NCBI GenBank assembly: GCA_964394645.1
Contig: CAYMYC010000001.1
Span: 47,241 to 111,240 of the forward strand
Direction of reading: 5' to 3'
Length of the DNA stretch: 64,000 bases
From: an uncultured Gammaproteobacteria bacterium
Lineage (GTDB): Bacteria; Patescibacteriota; Microgenomatia; Levybacterales; GWA1-39-11
A program made the position numbers and the translations under genes. The number at the start of each line of letters is the position of its first letter. The stretch's first letter is position 1. The notes beneath the pieces are model-generated. The model was not told the origin of the DNA. It saw only the letters and a list, made by a program, of their open reading frames with translations, and ran no database searches. This document shows positions 60,053-64,000 of the stretch, piece after piece.

Positions 60053-61900
60053 GTGCAAGCATATCAGATTGTTAAAAAATATATTGAGTTTTTTGAAAAA
60101 AAAGGTCACAGACGAATAGAAAATTCTTCTCTTGTTCCGCTTAATGACCCTACTACTCTGTTCACATCTTCGGGAATGCAACCACTCGTACCTTATTTAT
60201 TGGGAGAGATTCATCCAGCAGGAAAAAGGCTGGTTAATGTTCAGAACTCTTTTAGGGCACAGGATATTGATGAAATAGGCGATAACAGACACACTACATT
60301 TTTTAGAATGCTTGGAAACTGGTCATTAGGTGATTACTTTAAAAAAGATCAAATCTCATGGTTTTTCGATTTTTTAATAAAGGATCTAGGGATTGATCCT
60401 GAAAAATTATTTGTAACAGTTTTTGAGGGCTCTGAGGATATTCCTGAAGATATCGAATCAATACATATTTGGAAAGAGGAATTTAAAAAAGTGGGAATAG
60501 ACGCAGAGGTAGGAAGCAGAATATTTAAATACGGTGTATCAAAGAATTGGTGGAGTAGATCGGGTACGCCAGATAAGATGCCAGTAGGAGAACCGGGAGG
60601 ACCAGACACAGAAGTGTTTTATGATTTTGAAACTGAGCATGACATGAGCTTTGGTGAGAAATGTCATGTGAATTGTGATTGTGGAAGATATTTGGAAATT
60701 GGAAATTCTGTCTTTATGCAATATGTAAAGACTACTAATGAATTTCAGGAGATGCCTCAAAAAAACGTAGATTTTGGTGGAGGCTTAGAGAGATTAGTTG
60801 CGGTGACAGAAGGAAAGACTGATATATTTGAAACATCTCTTTTTGCTCCAATAATTGGTGTGATAGAAAAAATTTCAGGTAAAAAGTATGAAACAAATAA
60901 ACGCGATATGAGAATAGTTGCTGATCATCTAACAGCGGCAATTTTTATTACCACAAATAATGTATCCCCATCTAATAAGGAGCAGGGATATGTGCTGCGT
61001 CGACTCATAAGGCGTGCTGTTGACAGTTTGCATATTCTGGAAACTCAAGATGTCGAGCCAGTAATCGATACAATTGTTAACTCATACAAAGATACAGACC
61101 CACATTTAGTAGAAAAATATGAATTAGTTAAAAACACAATTATTCAAGAAATTGGGTTATATAAAAAGGCGCTAGATAGTGGAAAGCGGATGATAGAAAA
61201 AGAATTATCAAGTGGAAAAAAAGTGGGCGATGATTTATTTGGAACAATTGAGATTTCAGCGGATACGGCATTCAAAGCAATCACTTCTTTCGGATTGGGT
61301 CCTACACAATTAAGAAGTTTAGGATACACATTCGATGCCCAGAAGTTAGCAGATAACATAAAAGCTCATCAAGATCTTTCACGTAAAGGTTCTTCACAGA
61401 AATTTTCGGGAGGACTTGCTGATCATTCTGAAAAAACAATTATGGGACACACCGCAACTCATCTTATGCATCAGGCATTAAGAGATATGTTTGGTGTAGG
61501 ACTTCACCAAACTGGGAGTAATATAACAAGCGAGAGGGTAAGATTTGATTTTAATTTTAACCGTAAATTAACTGTAGGTGAGATAAAAAGACTTGAGGAT
61601 ACGGTTAATGGAAAGATAGAGGAGGACATACCTGTTCACTTTGAATTGATGCCGGTATCTCAGGCTAAAAATTTAGGAGCAATTGGATTATTTGATGAAA
61701 AATACGCAACCGACGTAAAAATATACTTTATTGGAGGAGAAGAAAAAAAATCTGAGGGAGTACGTATAAAAGATTGGTATTCAGCAGAGTTTTGTGGTGG
61801 TCCTCACGTAAATTTTACAGGAGAGGTGAAAAGGTTTAGAATAATAAAGCAAGAATCTTTAGGACGTGGTCAGCAAAGATTATACTCTGTCGTTGGATAA
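60053..61900 (+). CDS. alaS: Alanine--tRNA ligase (short form without C-Ala domain)
   Basis: DPTTLFTSSGMQ, RHTTFFRMLGNWS, GYVLRRLIRR, editing motifs HTATH and CGGPH; GTG start inferred. Confidence 0.95.
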   Translation: MQAYQIVKKYIEFFEKKGHRRIENSSLVPLNDPTTLFTSSGMQPLVPYLLGEIHPAGKRLVNVQNSFRAQDIDEIGDNRHTTFFRMLGNWSLGDYFKKDQISWFFDFLIKDLGIDPEKLFVTVFEGSEDIPEDIESIHIWKEEFKKVGIDAEVGSRIFKYGVSKNWWSRSGTPDKMPVGEPGGPDTEVFYDFETEHDMSFGEKCHVNCDCGRYLEIGNSVFMQYVKTTNEFQEMPQKNVDFGGGLERLVAVTEGKTDIFETSLFAPIIGVIEKISGKKYETNKRDMRIVADHLTAAIFITTNNVSPSNKEQGYVLRRLIRRAVDSLHILETQDVEPVIDTIVNSYKDTDPHLVEKYELVKNTIIQEIGLYKKALDSGKRMIEKELSSGKKVGDDLFGTIEISADTAFKAITSFGLGPTQLRSLGYTFDAQKLADNIKAHQDLSRKGSSQKFSGGLADHSEKTIMGHTATHLMHQALRDMFGVGLHQTGSNITSERVRFDFNFNRKLTVGEIKRLEDTVNGKIEEDIPVHFELMPVSQAKNLGAIGLFDEKYATDVKIYFIGGEEKKSEGVRIKDWYSAEFCGGPHVNFTGEVKRFRIIKQESLGRGQQRLYSVVG

Positions 61901-61905
61901 ATTTT

Positions 61906-64000
61906 ATGAATCTGCCCTTCTTAGGTAAAAAAAAAGAAGATAAAGAATACTTTTTAGCTTTACTGCTTTCTTCAAATGAAGTAAGAAGTATTTTATTTGA
62001 GAAAACAGGTGAAAACCTTTCAGTCTTAGGGTCTCACAGTGAAGATTTTGCAGAACAACTAGATACCCTCTCAAGAGATCGTTTAATAGAACTTTCAGAT
62101 ATGGTAATCTCTGAGGTGGAGCGCAAATTACCTGAAGGGTCAAGTCTCCAGAAGGCAATTTTTTCAGTTCCAGATAGATGGATTGAGGACGGTAAAATTA
62201 CCCAAGAACACCTCGCAAAATTAAAAGAATTATGCGATGCCTTGCAGCTTAAAGCTGTTGGGTTTATTGTTTCTATGGAGGCTATAATTGCTTATCTTCA
62301 TAAGAAAGAGGGGGTTCCAGTCACTGCAATTTTTATAGAAGTTGGTAAAAAACATGTTACTTTAAGTCTAGTTAAAAACGGAAACATCCTGAGCGTGTCT
62401 GAGGAAGAGATAGAAGAGGATGCAGTTATTACTGTTGAAAAAATATTATCTACACAGGAAGAATTAGAAATTTTACCTGCTAAAATAATAGTACTTCCCT
62501 TCGAGCACGCAAAAAGAATCCAACAGGAATTTCTTTCTTACTCGTGGAGTAAGAGTATCCAGTTTTTACATATTCCACAAGTTGAAGTTCTTCCATCAGA
62601 AGTAGAAGCACAGGCGGTTATTTCTGGGGTAGCCGTACAGATGGGTTTCAATACGCTTCCCCAAATAAACCTTCAAAAACTTGAAAAATCATCTGAGGAT
62701 GTAGTGGTAGCAGTAAATGAACAGGAAGAGAATAAAACAAACGAAAAAGAAGATATAGACAATGGACCTGGCGAATTTGAAAAAGAGTCCAATAAGGAAG
62801 AAATGGGGAGTGTAGCAGCTGCTGAATCTCTTGGATTTTTTAAAGATATAGATATAGCAAAAAAACAAACTGAAAAACACGAGCTTGAGAATATTCAAGA
62901 AATTTCCGTTAATAACGGAAAAAATATAAAAGAGGAGGATTCTAGCATGGGAAATCATCCAACGCATGCATTATCGGTTAATAATCTGCCACCATTGCCT
63001 CATGTTTCATTCCCTGGTATAAAATTTAAAATTCCAAGAGTTTCTTTACGGGGAAAATCTATGGTTTGGTACCCTATTTTGGGTGTATTTTTATTTGTTC
63101 TTCTAATAGTTTCTTATTATTATTTCTTTGAAAAAGCGCAAGTTATTTTGGTCCTCAGCAAGAAAGATATAAGCAAGAATGTATCAGTTACTTTCTCGCA
63201 AGAAAAACAAACATCTGCGCAAGATTCGGTGGTGCACATAGAAGAACTAGCCGTGCAAGTAGATGGAAAAGAAGAACAAAGTACAACTGGTAAGAAAGAA
63301 ACTGGAGATAAAGCCAAGGGTGAGGTAACAGTTTACAATAAGACTGAAGGGTCAAAAACCTTTGAGAAAGGAGTGATTGTTATAGGCGCAAATAATTTGG
63401 AGTTTAGCTTATTGGAGGATGTTAAGGTCGCATCAACTAGTTCTTTTTCAACTACTTTCAGTAACGCGAAGGGAAAGGTAGAGGCATTGAAATTTGGCAA
63501 GGAATATAATCTTCCCTCTGGAACAAACTTTCAAATAAAAGGGCAGTCTACATCTGATTTTTTTGGCAAGAATGATTCTGCTTTTGCCGGAGGGACTAAA
63601 AAAGAGATAACCGTTGTATCAGAAGATGATATTTCTTCTCTTCAATCAAAGGTTATTTCTACGCTTTCAAAAAAAGCTCAGAATGATATTGCCTCAAAAA
63701 TAGGACAAGATTCGCAAATTCTAGCAACACCACTAGACTATTCATTTGATGAGAAATCGTTTTCAAAAAAAGCAGGCGACGCGGCAGATGCAGTGAGTCT
63801 TACAGCAACCATAACATACAAGATGGGATCTTATAAAAAATCAGATCTTATAATTCTTGCAAAAGATATTACAGGAAGAGATGCTCCTGCGAATTATGTA
63901 TATTCAGGAAAGGACTCAGAAATTAAGGTAGAGGATATTGTGGATAACGAGGCAAACTTTAATGGGAAAATTGTTTTCTCATCTGTTTTTTTGCCCCAGA
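61906..64000 (+). CDS. FtsA/PilM-like N-terminal domain + acidic linker + TM + baseplate-J-like extracellular domain (3' end runs off the window)
   Basis: Not in the ORF track. Manual translation of segments: MNLPFLGKKKEDKEYFLALLL..AIIAYLHKKEGVPVTAIFIEVG..; TM WYPILGVFLFVLLIVSYYYFF; TGDKAKGEVTVYN..LEFSLLEDVKV..VEALKFGKEYNL..FAGG. Confidence 0.75.
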   Translation, partial: MNLPFLGKKKEDKEYFLALLLSSNEVRSILFEKTGENLSVLGSHSEDFAEQLDTLSRDRLIELSDMVISEVERKLPEGSSLQKAIFSVPDRWIEDGKITQEHLAKLKELCDALQLKAVGFIVSMEAIIAYLHKKEGVPVTAIFIEVGKKHVTLSLVKNGNILSVSEEEIEEDAVITVEKILSTQEELEILPAKIIVLPFEHAKRIQQEFLSYSWSKSIQFLHIPQVEVLPSEVEAQAVISGVAVQMGFNTLPQINLQKLEKSSEDVVVAVNEQEENKTNEKEDIDNGPGEFEKESNKEEMGSVAAAESLGFFKDIDIAKKQTEKHELENIQEISVNNGKNIKEEDSSMGNHPTHALSVNNLPPLPHVSFPGIKFKIPRVSLRGKSMVWYPILGVFLFVLLIVSYYYFFEKAQVILVLSKKDISKNVSVTFSQEKQTSAQDSVVHIEELAVQVDGKEEQSTTGKKETGDKAKGEVTVYNKTEGSKTFEKGVIVIGANNLEFSLLEDVKVASTSSFSTTFSNAKGKVEALKFGKEYNLPSGTNFQIKGQSTSDFFGKNDSAFAGGTKKEITVVSEDDISSLQSKVISTLSKKAQNDIASKIGQDSQILATPLDYSFDEKSFSKKAGDAADAVSLTATITYKMGSYKKSDLIILAKDITGRDAPANYVYSGKDSEIKVEDIVDNEANFNGKIVFSSVFLPQ

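Noticed and set aside
503-63317. Many 60-135 aa ORFs in the track antisense to or inside long genes (e.g. 503-718, 23366-23746, 53927-54322, 61904-62158)
   Set aside because: Shadow ORFs overlapping well-supported genes, with no motifs or initiation signals

Overview
AT-rich, gene-dense bacterial chromosome segment. The gene repertoire suggests a Patescibacteria (CPR) genome, probably Microgenomates; this is an inference from short HrcA, IF-2 and AlaRS, a CPR-type pilin, a degenerate DHH protein and an FtsA-like/baseplate-J-like fusion. From left to right: (1) a de novo pyrimidine operon pyrB-carA-carB-pyrC; (2) a CIRCE-controlled hrcA-grpE-dnaK operon, separated from dnaJ by a kinase-like ORF, a pilin, a VirB6/TrbL-like membrane protein, a Clp ATPase and a subtilase, then a membrane-anchored degenerate Clp ATPase and a D-2-hydroxyacid dehydrogenase; (3) a minus-strand locus with a small DUF2292/YezD-like protein, a leader RNA with overlapping antiterminator-like and terminator hairpins, a small secreted Asn/Thr/Gly/Ala repeat protein and a large membrane-anchored protein carrying the same repeat; (4) queA-tgt, DNA repair genes, and RND and MacAB-type exporters; (5) a reduced nusA-infB-DHH-rpsO-pnp region, a protease-less Lon ATPase, an alpha/beta-hydrolase pseudogene, rnj, ftsK, yvcK, nth, alaS and a partial FtsA-like/TM/baseplate-J-like gene. 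Locus (3) is the best candidate for an undescribed system: a regulated curli/Fap-like surface fibre. No rRNA, tRNA, CRISPR array or transposase was recognised. All family calls come from reading motifs by eye; no database search was run.
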